Assembly (NCBI GenBank): GCA_052426225.1
Contig: JBNJNM010000010.1
Location: forward strand, 682,001-746,000
Length of the DNA: 64,000 nucleotides
Direction of reading: 5' to 3'
From: Zancudomyces culisetae HAW-14-8
Taxonomy: Eukaryota; Fungi; Kickxellomycota
Part shown: positions 36,155 to 47,942 of the stretch, piece by piece
Layout: every line of letters starts with the position of its first letter
Numbering within the stretch: position 1 is the first letter of the stretch
The notes under the pieces: generated by a model
The model's input: the letters and a program-made list of their open reading frames with translations, nothing else
What the model was told of the DNA's origin: nothing
The model's database searches: none
Made by a program: the position numbers and the translations under genes

Positions 36155-39100
36155 TGTCGCAAGAATGCTTCCAATGTTAATTCTTACGCATTAATACGTG
36201 TGTATTATTTAATTATAGCTAGTCTACTAAAAGTACATTTAAACTATTATCTTTATAACTTATATGTTGTTATATCTTATCTATATTGATATATAATTAT
36301 CCTAATAAAGTCTAAACTTAATCCTAAAACTGTAAAGTTTATATTTATACCTAGATAAATTGTTTAAGCTTTAAACCTGTCCAATAACGTATAAAAACCA
36401 CTAAGGAGTAAAAACTACTATTATTGTACATAATTGTAAACATTAGTTGTCTCGCACGACATTCCCCCACTTAAGTTAGATATCGTATCGGTTCTCTATA
36501 TCGCCTAACTGTCGACCTCGCATTTCCACTTTGTATTTCCGGAATCATATTCGTAGCACCGTGGTATAGTTTCAATCGATCGCCGTGTACGATGTCTGTA
36601 TATCCTTCCTTATCCGTAATGTAATAAGTTCCATTGTTACTTACTTCAGTTATTCTGTATGGGCCTTCCCATACAGCATCAAATTTATTTACTATTGCCG
36701 AGATTCTTAACCAAACAAAATTGCCAATTTTGAATGAAAATTTTCTCACCGTTTTATCGTAAAATTTTTTTTCCAAATTTTTTGCCTTCGTAGAATTTTG
36801 AATTCCCAAATTCCTCAATTCTGGAATTTCGTCGTTTATTAATTTAATTCTTTCCAAAACTGCTTCTTCGTAATCATATACTTCACCGTTCGGTTTCCAT
36901 GTATTAGGCATATCCAATTCGACGCCAAATAACAATTCAGCTGGGCTGTAGTTGGTGTTTCTGTTTTTCGTTACTCGTATCGCAAACATGGCTTTCCAAA
37001 GGTAACAATCCCAGTTGTCTTTATCGCTTTCGCATATTTTCGCTAATATATTCTTAATTGCTCCATTTAACCTTTCTACTTGCCCGTTTGATTGTGGGCG
37101 ATAGGCAGTTGTAGTTTTGTGGGTAATACCTAAAAAATTCATTACATTATCTAATATATTACTTGTAAAATTACTACCTCTATCACTGATAATATTTCTA
37201 GGTATCCCATAGTGTTGGATAATATCGTTCATGATAAAGTCCACTACCGTTTCTGTCTTAATATTTTCCACCGCTCTTGCAATAGGCCATTTGCTGAGGT
37301 AATCCACTGCGGTAAGTATATACCTGTTTCCACTTTTACTAGTAGGTGTAATAGGACCCACCGCATCGATGCCAAAAATGTCGAATACTTTAGTCGCCTT
37401 AATCGAGTGAAGTGGTTCCTTTCTACTTGTCGAGCCTTTGTATTTCTGACAAGTTATGCATTCACTAACTACCCTTTGTACTATATAGTATAGGCCTACA
37501 CCTGCATACATCTTCTTTACTGCTTCCCATGTGTTTGAAACACCTAAATGGGCTTCTTCGTGTATTTCGGTAATTTTACTTATTTCGTTTTCTTCGTTTA
37601 AAACTTCCAATAAACCATATTTTAAACTATTTCTGTATAACTTGTCGTTATTCAATTTGTATAATCTCGCTTGATTTCGTAATTTTCTTCGAAATTCTTC
37701 GTCCGCATTGTTTAGGTACAACCCACTAGTCAAATAGTTTTTAATAGCATTATACCTGAGAATTTCCAAGCTGTAAAGTTCGTGTGCCTTTAAACTGATA
37801 TCCTCTGTATTACTTGAACTGCGGTCGTCGATCGCTCTTGAAATGTAGTCCGCTTGGTTATCCTTGCCTTTCCTGTGTCGGATTTCAAAGTCGTATTCCG
37901 TTAATGCCATTATCCATCTGGCTAGTCTACCTGTGGGTTCTTTCGTTTTTATAATTGATGTAAGTGCTGAATGGTCAGTATATATTATAAACTTGTTACC
38001 ATATAAATAGTTTCTATAGTATTTAACAGCCCAAATAACTGCGAGTGCTTCAATATGTGTAGCACTATAATTTTTTTCTGCCTTTTTTAGTGATCTGCTA
38101 GCGAACGATAACGGTCTGTCGACACCTTCGATTACCTGTGATAAAATCGCACCCAAACCTAAGTAGCTTGCATCCGTAGTCAGTATAAACTCGTTTGTTA
38201 GATCCGGGTGTGCTAGAACTGCATCCTTCAGTAGTTGATCTTTGAGTATCTTTGTTGCTGCCACTTGTTCTTCACCCCAGTACCAGGTAACATTCTTTTT
38301 CAAAAGTTTATATAGGCAGTTTGCAATCGTTGCAAAGTTTTCTATGAACCTTCGGTAATACCCAATAAACCCTAAAAAAGACTGTAATTCTTTAATATTA
38401 GTAGGATCCTTTAGTTTGTTTACCAGTGCGAGCTTACTTGGATCAGCTGCCACCCCCTCCTTTGAAATTTGGTGGCCCAGATATGTAAGTTTTGTTACGC
38501 CAAGTTTGCATTTAGATGTTTTTAGTTTGATATTTGCGTCATTTAGTAATTTTAACACTTTTTCCAAGTCACTCAAGTGTGTATTAAAATCTTTACTAAA
38601 TATTATTATATCATCAACAAATACACACGTAGATTTCCATAGCACTTCGAATAATACGGATTCCATAAGTCTCTGGAATGTGGCAGGACTGTTACACAGG
38701 CCGAAAGGCATCACGTTGTAACAGAATGTGCCCATTCCCGGTACTGCAAATGCTGTTTTTTGTACGTCTTCTTCGGCCATCTTCACTTGCCAAAACCCAC
38801 TGTATGCATCAAGGGTTGTGAAATAGTGTGAGCCGCCTAAGGTATCGAGTACCTCTTCTATCAAAGGTAATGGATATAAATCCTTTTTCGTTATCGCATT
38901 CAACTTTCGAAAGTCGGAGCATATTCGTAATTTTCCGTCTTTTTTCCATACTGTAACCAACGGAGAACACCATTCCGTTTTGCAAGGTTTAATTACTTTT
39001 TTTATTAACATCTTATTGATTTCTTCCTTAGCGAGATCCTTAAGTCGGTGTGGAATTCGGTACGGTGCCTGTTTAATCGGTTTATGATCGCCAGTGTCAA

Positions 39101-41885
39101 TGGAATGCTCGATAACATTTGTCTGGGTAAGTTCGCTTTCATCGTCTACAAATATTGAATTGTATTTTTCTACGAGCTTCGTAAGTTCGTAATGTTGATA
39201 ATCTTCCAAGTTACTGTTTATAATAGATTCGGTGTCCGGATTCGATATTTTTGGTGTTTTGCTAATAGTCTCCTTAGCGATTGCATATAGTTCCCATACC
39301 TTGTACTCGTTGTCCGAGCTGTCTTCTTCTTCGCTTGAGCTATCCATTCTGTTGCATTCGACTACCTATTGTTCTGTATAAAATGGTAATACTATATTAT
39401 TTGTTTCAATGGGTAAAGTTAACATGTTTCTAGCTAAATCTATATTAACACTGTGTGATTTGCACCAGTCTGTACCTAAAATAATCTCGTTTTTTCTATT
39501 AGGCATAATTAAAGCATCAACAGTAAATATGTTATTTGCTATGTTTATAGGAAGTCCTAAAACTTTGCCCGTTATAGAATGTTTTTTTCCGTCTGCGGTG
39601 ATAATAACGAGATCCTTCTCAGTGCAAACAGGTAAGTCCAAAGATTCCACTAGTGTAGGTGAAATTACGGAACACGCCGCACCCGTATCAATAACTGCCC
39701 AGTGATCGATTCCATTTATTTTTATTCTGGCTCTGCAGTTTGTCGTATCCTGTACTTCATTTCTTAAATAGGTAGTATTAACTTCTTTTGCTGTTTCGCT
39801 GCGTTTACATAGGTCGATAATCTCGGATCTGATTTCAGGCGATACTTGAATCAGTTGTGAGACGGTAATTCCAGCATCTGACTCAATCAGCTTGTTTTTA
39901 ATCGAGTACGGTTTATCATATTTTGCAATCTTGGTTAACGGCTTGCTTCTTTGTAATTGCGGTGTTTTAACAACTTTAGTGTCCTTTGAGTTCTTGGCAG
40001 GCTTCTTTTCTGATTTACTAACCATTTTGTATTCTCTCAAGTTAGGTCCAGGATTTGTAGCCGCGACTGGTTCGGTCTTGTTAGTTGATCTTGTTGCCAT
40101 CCTTGGTGTAATCCTAGCCATCACTATATCTTTGTCGACTGTCTTGGTTCTTTTAAAAGGATCTAAGTTAAAATCTACAATTTTTCTTTTTTCTGCTGCT
40201 AACACCTCATAATCGTCCACTTTATTTATTTTTTCAACCTCAATACAATCTAACTTTACTTCATTTTCACTATCATAGTCTTCATCGTCGTGGCTGTCTC
40301 TGTAACGACAATCTCTAGCTCGATGTCCTCGCTTCAGACAATGGAAACAACTTCCGTTTCGCATCAATTCTTCTTTGTTTCGTTCGTAAGTGTCTTCATC
40401 CTTACTGTTTTCTAGTTTTTTCATAACCTGTAGTACGTTTACGCTCAGTTTTTTAAACTGGTTAACTAGGTCATCATATTCGGTTTTGTTATTTGTAATC
40501 GGCAGTTTGGGGTCTTCAGTCTTGTAATGTGACTTATCTTTCCATTCTCTATTTGTAGATACTCTGCTCGGTCTTCCTATTGCGTCTACCTTTTCAAACT
40601 GTTCTTCTTCCAAAGCCAGATCCAATAAGTCGTACAACGAAGTGGACTTTGATTCCAACAGTTTACGGCGATACCTGAGTCTGACTGCCATGATAAAATA
40701 CTTGATTTTATCTGTTTCCAAAGTTACCTTTGCTTTCTTAAACAGGGTCGTAAGCGTCTGAGCGACCTCCATAATTCCTTCATCTGTTTGTCTGTAGCTC
40801 TGCAACTTCTTCCAGGCAATTAACTCATGCTCCTTAGTGTAAAATCTTGCCTTGAACTTCTCCTTAAATTTGCTCCAAGCTGATATCGAATCGTTGTAGA
40901 CGATGTACCAGGATCTCGCTTTACCCTCAAGATACCGTTCGACGTAATCACTGTATTCGATTTCCTCGAGTCCCAGTCTTTTGAAATACGCTTCTGTTCT
41001 CTTCAACCATTCCTCTGGTTCTTGACTTAGTTCTCCACTGAATACCTCCGGTTCTGGCCATCGATTGAAGTTAAACATCCTAGATTGATAAGCATCTATG
41101 TTTGTCGGAGTTTTTATGGATTTCTTTTCTTCAATTCTTTCTTTGTTTGACATTTTTGAGTTAATAGAATTTTGTTTGTTATATTTTTGTATTATTTGGT
41201 TTTCTGATTTTTTTGTTGATATATAATTTTTTGTTGAATAACGATTTGAAATAACTAATTTAAAAAACTTAAAGATTAGGAATATTGTGTTGTAGTGTAC
41301 TAAAAAGCGTAAAATAAACGTATTAAAGCTAGATGTCCGTGTTGATTGTTGAATCTAAATCGGAGCTTAATTGCTTTTTGATTATCCACTGTGATGGATT
41401 CAATGGTATATTTTTATATCACCTACTTATGGTGTCAATTGTTATAGAATAATCTGATAATTATAATTCTTATATCTCAATCTTATGATTGTCTGTCGTA
41501 TCTTAGACCTTTAATGATCTTCCGTCCTGTTAATAGTTATAATTCCTTTAATGTAATAGCCTAGCTGGGAGCGCCATATGTCGCAAGAATGCTTCCAATG
41601 TTAATTCTTACGCATTAATACGTGTGTATTATTTAATTATAGCTAGTCTACTAAAAGTATATTTAAACTATTATCTTTATAACTTATATGTTGTTATATC
41701 TTATCTATATTGATATATATTTATCCTAATAAAGTCTAAACTTAATCCTAAAACTGTAAAGTTTATATTTATACCTAGATAAATTGTTTAAGCTTTAAAC
41801 CTGTCCAATAACGTATAAAAACCACTAAGGAGTAAAAACTACTATTATTGTACATAATTGTAAACATTAGTTGTCTCGCACGACA
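36155..41885 (-). mobile_element. Near-full-length Ty3/Gypsy element; LTRs 41579-41885 (5') and 36155-36461 (3'), 307 bp, 2 differences seen; TSD AAAG
   Basis: PBS TGGCGCTCCCAGCTAGGC (41576-41559, probably tRNA-Arg); PPT AAGTGGGGGAA; AAAG at 36151-36154 and 41886-41889. Confidence 0.97.
36471..41153 (-). pseudogene. gag-pol with one in-frame TAG (39366-39368) between protease and RT
   Basis: CFHCLKRGHRARDC; VIDTGAACS; FVDDIII; TTDASYLGLG; RPQSNGQVERLN; WEGPY; the two ORFs share one frame. Confidence 0.93.
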
Positions 41886-41893
41886 AAAGCAAC

Positions 41894-42666
41894 TGTCGTA
41901 GTATTCAAAACCCTGAGAGTTGTCAATACTAGTCTCTACACGTGACATACCGGTTCGGGTATAATCACTGGATATTGATGCACTGCTACCCCGTAGCGTG
42001 ATGTGCATCAAGGGAGGCTCAGTTGAGCTATTATCCCTATACAATGTCGGTGAGATAGTACTCACGGACATTGACTCCGGGCTTCTACGGATTCGAAGTT
42101 GACGAACACTTTCCGTCAACTCCCCAAGTGTTCGGGGGCTTAACACCCCTGTCTCTTGGTCCATGCTACTGCCCCTGGTGCTGTTTGATGAGATGGAAGA
42201 ATCTCTCCTAGATTCATTCGCACCTGTACCAAAAAGATAGTTGATCATTATTTTTTATTTTACTTTTGTTTTTGCTGTTTAAAAATCTTTATTTAGATAA
42301 TCTTTATTACTAATCCGTATGGTAGGACATGGATGATGGTTTTCTTTTCCACCATGTATCCTTTAAATATAAACTATAAAATCATTTTGTTCTCTAAATA
42401 GACTATAAACATGATAAGGTATAACTAATAAAATAATATTTAGGTTTGATAATATTGATGTAGTATGAACATTTATGTGAACATTTCTCATACTACATTC
42501 ATCATTATTGAATGGACGCAGTATGAAGAATTAATTTCATGCTGAGTCCATTAATTTTCATTTTCTTAATTTTTTAAATTATGTCCACATTTTAATTCAA
42601 ACTATGTAAATATGGTAATGTATATCCATGCATTAATACTAGTTTAATAGTTTTACTCATTCGACA
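41894..42666 (-). mobile_element. Solo LTR (773 bp) with Ser-rich ORF (ATG 42248); inverted copy of 22076-22845; TSD CAAC
   Basis: CAAC at 41890-41893; the right copy is at 47867-47870 once the younger element is removed. Confidence 0.9.
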
Positions 42667-45600
42667 TGTCGTATAGAAATACGATTAGAAGGATAAGGGG
42701 AATTAGTCCCCGGTTTTATTTAAGTTGTTTTTAGTTATATTTATATGTTTAGATTGGACCTTTTTCCCCTTGTGGTTTTGTCCAATGGTTTTTTATTAGT
42801 TAGTTATTTTAGTTTAATTAGTCAAATATTTGGGGGTTAAATGAAGCTCCCACTTGGAAGAAAAAATAAAATCATCTTTATTCACAATTAGAAAAACAGT
42901 CTATTCTAGTAAAAGTTTATTATTAGTATTATAAAATAATACGATACAGTAAACCAAATTAAAATATATAACTATACTTTTTATTCATCAGTGGCGCTCC
43001 CAGCTAGGCGTTAGACTGAAGCTCGGTTGTATGAAAGATCAAAATGGATAATCTACATTTATTTTAGGCAGCTACAGGAGAGGATCCTGAGGAATGGGTC
43101 GCAAGTTTTGAATTGGTAGCTAAGCTTAATAAGTGGGATGCAGCAAATTGGGTGGAGTTTATACAACTATATCTTGGAAAGATAGAAAAATTATGGTATA
43201 AAAGGAACAAGGCTACATTTGAAGATTGGGCAGATTTTAAAATGAAATTTAAAGATAATTTTAGGATTAAAGAACAGAGATTCGAATATTTTGAGAAGCT
43301 TAAGGAGATTAAACAATCAAAATTTGAGACTATCGAAGAGTTTGAGTTTAAACTGGAAGAGATTTTGGAGAATGCAGGTATCAAGATAGATTCGGATGAA
43401 GTGGACTGGTTACTAAGTGCCTTAAACTTAGATGCTAGGACCGCAGTAAAAGAGTATGGAGCTAAAACATGGCAGGAGATAATACAGTTTTTAAAGAAGT
43501 TTAAAACATCTAATCCGGGCTCAGTGGAGGATTCAAATAGAGATTCAAATACCACCATACAACCAAAAGTTAAAACTGCAGTTAGAGGCAAGTCAATAAA
43601 ACAGATGACAAATGAACATCTGGGGTATGAACAAATGGTGAAGAAGTGGGATGAGCTGAGTTTAAACTTGCTAAACAAAGTCGATCAAGTCATTGAGCAG
43701 AGGTTGAGAAATCAAAACAGACGATTTAGGAGTGACCAACCAAGAGTAATGAAGTGTTACTACTGTCACCAGGAAGGGCATCGGAAATATGAATGTGTAA
43801 GGTTTCGTGAAGCGGAAAATCAAGTACAGAGCAAAGGTACAGACGTTAATATGATAGATATCCAGGACAGACCCGTAGAAAGAAGCGAAGTATTAGCAGT
43901 AGCCCGGCAGACAGCACAAACTAAACCAGAGAAGCCGTATAGCAGAGCAGCTAGTTACACCAGGATAGTGCCAAGAGCCGAGGGCACAAATCAAGTTAGG
44001 CCAAGGACAGTGGAGATGTTGGTGGACAAAGAAATGGAAGAGACACCAGCTAAGCAGAAGGTTACAGCCAAGGACAAAGTAAACGCAGTAGCAAAGCCAG
44101 TGGGTAAGGTCATGAGTAGTAAGACGCAAAGTGAAGAAGAAAACGGTCAAGGTTCACAAAGAGTCAGGAGCAAAGGAGTTTTAAAAATGGCCGAAGGTAT
44201 AGAACCTTTTTCACTCAAGGAGCAGCTCGCAAAGTGGCGTCCTGACATAAGCCTACCTCAGTTAATGGAGATTTCGCCAAGTCTGACAACCGAAATGAGT
44301 AATCTATGCAAGAGAACAAAAAATGCTGAGCTAAACGAAATTAGACTAGAAGTACCAAGATCACTAACTGTAAGATAATGGTAAAAATATTTGATAACGA
44401 ATTTTGTGCAGTTGTAGATACAGGTGCCGCGTGTTCCGTGGCCACGCCAAGTCTATTGGACGAATGGGGTTTAATCGCAGAAGAGGAAAGTGACCAAATC
44501 ATTGTTACTGCCGACGGGAAAAGGCACTACTCTTTGGGACGGGTAAATGAAGTGCCACTAATTATAGGAAGGTATCAGTTTCAGGTAAATGTAACTATCA
44601 TGGAGAGAAGCGACAACACGTTGATTTTAGGCACTGACTGGCTTCTAGAACACCAGGCACATATTGACTTGAAGAGTTCGGAGATGAGATTACCAATTGG
44701 TAACATGATGCTAATAGTACCGTTGTATACAACTTCTGGAAATGCCAGTGAGGAGTTTGAGACCTCGGAAGTTTACTACATGATCAAAGCACCTAGTATA
44801 GAACAAACAACCGAAGAAGGATATGAGGACAAGCGGTTTGAGGAGATGCTAGAAAAAAATGTGGATCTTTTTGCAGAAGAGATAGATGACCTGACCCAAA
44901 CACACGTAACAGAACATCGAATAGTGTTGAACGAATCTACCCCTATCAAGCAGAAGCCCTATCGGATACCGCACCACCTACTCCAACAAGTCCGAAACGA
45001 GCTAAAGACAATGGAAACCAATGGCGTTATATCTCCGTGCGTATCAGAGTGGTGTTCGCCAGTCGTAGCTGTCTGGAAAAAAAATGGAAAGCTACGTATC
45101 TGCGCGGACTACAGGAAACTAAACAGCGTAACTAAAAAAGATTGTTACCCTTTACCGACCATCGAGGATATCTTTATGACACTGTCCGGGTCCAAGATAT
45201 TTAGCAGCTTGGATGCCCGCAGTGGATTTTGGCAAATTAGGATGAACTTGGAGGACAGAGACAAGACAGCATTTTCGATTCCTGGGAGCGGCAGCTACTG
45301 TTATAATGTCATGCCATTTGGCTTGAGTAACAGCCCCGCTTCATTTCAGAGATTAATGGAACAGGCATTATCCCCAGTGCTCTGGAAGACAGCGGTAGTC
45401 TTCATCGACGACATAATTATATTCTCGGAGACATTAGATCAACACTTAGCGGATCTACAAGAAGTATTCAACTTACTGAGAGAGAGTCAAGTACAGTTAC
45501 ATAAAGGGAAATGCAAGTTAGGGATGAAGAGATTGGAGTATCTAGGGCACGTAATCTCAACGGAGGGAATAAGCACGAGTCCTAGTAAGATATCAGCAAT

Positions 45601-47862
45601 GATGGAAACAAAGGAGCCTACATCGGTCAAAGAGTTGCAAGCATTCCTAGGACTAACGGGATACTACCGTAAGTTTGTAGTAGGGTACGCTACAACAGTT
45701 GCTCCTCTACTTAAGCTGCTGAAGAAGAATTGTGTGTGGTCCTGGACAGAGGAATGTAGTGGTGCAGTGAAGGAGTTAAAAGATAAACTATGCGAGGCAC
45801 CCACACTCTCACATCCAGATTGGAGCAGAGAGTTTATAGTTACGACTGATGCTAGCGTACAAGGAGTAGGTGCTATACTGTCACAGCAATTTCAAGAAGG
45901 AGAACGACCAATATCATATGTTAGCAGAATAACTAACCAGCACGAGAAAAACTACTCCGTTTCGCATCTCGAAGGACTGGCCGTGATCTGGGCCGTTAGC
46001 AAGTTCAAGTATTATTTATATGGTAAACATTTCGTTATAAGAACCGATCATAAATCCCTTATACAATTATTTAATAGCAAAGATATCACGGGAAGAGTGG
46101 CACGGTGGGCCATGATTCTCAGGAATTATGACTACACCATTGTGCACATAGAAGGAAAGTCGAATCCAGCCGACGCATTGTCCCGATTGGACGGACAAAA
46201 AGATAAAAGTACAGAAGAAGCAATAGACGTATTTGCAATGGACTATTTATATTATTCAGCAATCAAAGATTATTTGGAAAATTATAATTATCCATCAGGT
46301 GCAGACGAAGGGTTTAGGAAAAAACTTCGCAACAAAGCTAGCAAATACATTTTGAAGGATGAGCTACTATACCGGAAATCTAAAGGCGTCTTAAAAGAAG
46401 TACTGCATGAGAAAAACATCAAAGAGTCAATAAAAAAGATACACGAAGAATCCCATCTAGGTATTGAAAACACATGGAGAGTGGCGGCTCAAAAGTATTC
46501 AGGAGAAGGACTGTACGAAGTAGTTAAACGTGTGGTAATGGAGTGTTTAAACTGTCAGTATTACAAAGGCAATAGAGAGAAGAGGAGCAAGTTAAACCCG
46601 ATTGTAGGAAGAGAGCCATTCGAGATATTCGGATTAGATGCGGTGGGGCCAATTAACCCCGTTTCCGCATCAGGAAACAGATTCATCTTGACAGGTATCG
46701 ACTACCTAACCAAGTGGCCAGTTGCTCAAGCGGTAAGTAACATTAGGTCCGAAACCATTGTCAATTTTATTATAACTAAGATAGTTCAGAACTTCGGAGT
46801 GCCCAAGCAGATTATAACCGATCGAGGATCAGGATTTTTAGGTGATGTGGCCCTCAAAGTATACGAATTTTTGCAAATTCGGCACACACCCACGACATCA
46901 TATAGGCCGCAGTCAAACGGGCAGGTTGAGAGGCTCAACCAGACCCTCAAGAACGTGTTAGTTAAACAGTGTATGCACGATAAGGAAAATTGGGATGCCT
47001 ATTTATGGAAGTCTCTCTTAGCAGTTCGTACAATGAGGAACAGAGTAACACAGCTTAGTCCAGCAGAGTTACTATACGGAGTTAAACTCACGACGCCTAC
47101 AATTTGGACACCACCTCCAGAAGTAGATAACTTCGATATGGCCATCAAAGAAAGGATTGAGAACATTAAAACTGATATTGAGGAATTGAGAGGAATTGGA
47201 TTGGAAAACAGTATCAAAGCAAAAGAGAAGGAGAAGATAATATATGACAAACGGGTAGTGGAATTTAGATTCAAGGTGAACGACTTAGTAATGAAGGCAA
47301 ACGAACAACAGTTAAGCAAGCTAGAAAGATTATGGGAAGGCCCATACAAGGTAGAGCGAGTACTAAGGTACGGTACATATGTGATCTCAGATAACGAAGG
47401 AAATCGCGATCTAGTGCACGGCGATATGCTCAAAGCTTTCCATTACAGTCAGTTTATGGTACCGGAAGTATCCGTAACCCTCAAGTCAAAGTTGAAACGG
47501 TTTAGGGAGCGTGTGAGTCCAATCTGGGGTCGGGGTTCTGTCGTATAGAAATACGATTAGAAGGATAAGGGGAATTAGTCCCCGGTTTTATTTAAGTTGT
47601 TTTTAGTTATATTTATATGTTTAGATTGGACCTTTTTCCCCTTGTGGTTTTGTCCAATGGTTTTTTATTAGTTAGTTATTTTAGTTTAATTAGTCAAATA
47701 TTTGGGGGTTAAATGAAGCTCCCACTTGGAAGAAAAAATAAAATCATCTTTATTCACAATTAGAAAAACAGTCTATTCTAGTAAAAGTTTATTATTAGTA
47801 TTATAAAATAATACGATATAGTAAACCAAATTAAAATATATAACTATACTTTTAATTCATCA
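42667..47862 (+). mobile_element. Youngest Ty3/Gypsy element; LTRs 42667-42990 and 47539-47862 (324 bp, 2 differences seen); TSD GACA; ends 8 bp upstream of tRNA-Gln
   Basis: PBS TGGCGCTCCCAGCTAGGC (from 42992); GACA at 42663-42666 and 47863-47866. Confidence 0.97.
43044..47548 (+). pseudogene. gag-pol with an early in-frame TAG (43065) and a 1-nt frameshift near 44360
   Basis: CYYCHQEGHRKYEC; VVDTGAACS; FIDDIII; TTDASVQGVG; integrase core and WEGPY. Confidence 0.92.
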
Positions 47863-47870
47863 GACACAAC

Positions 47871-47942
47871 GGTTGTGTGGTGTAATGGTTAGCACATAAG
47901 ACTCTGAATCTTGCGATCCGAGTTCGATTCTCGGCACGACCT
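47871..47942 (+). tRNA. tRNA-Gln (anticodon CTG), intronless
   Basis: Full cloverleaf: GGTTGTG/CACGACC acceptor, GTGT/GCAC D stem, TAAGA-CT CTG AA-TCTTG anticodon arm, CCGAG-TTCGATT-CTCGG T arm, U discriminator; T-runs downstream. Confidence 0.97.

Noticed and set aside
22076-42666. Inverted 770-bp repeats as TIRs of a giant transposon, or as inversion breakpoints
   Set aside because: Both have TG..CA LTR ends, the right copy has its own CAAC TSD, and TSD polarity between them still points to the tRNA. They are independent insertions.
25229-43067. TAG reassignment or programmed readthrough
   Set aside because: Host genes here end in TAG (49357, 56603), the stops fall at non-homologous positions, and one replaces a conserved Trp.
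23834-47862. LTR-pair divergence as independent proof of the age gradient
   Set aside because: Counts (2/470, 4/389, 2/307, 2/324) are too small and not monotonic. The order rests on TSD logic and the greater decay at the left.
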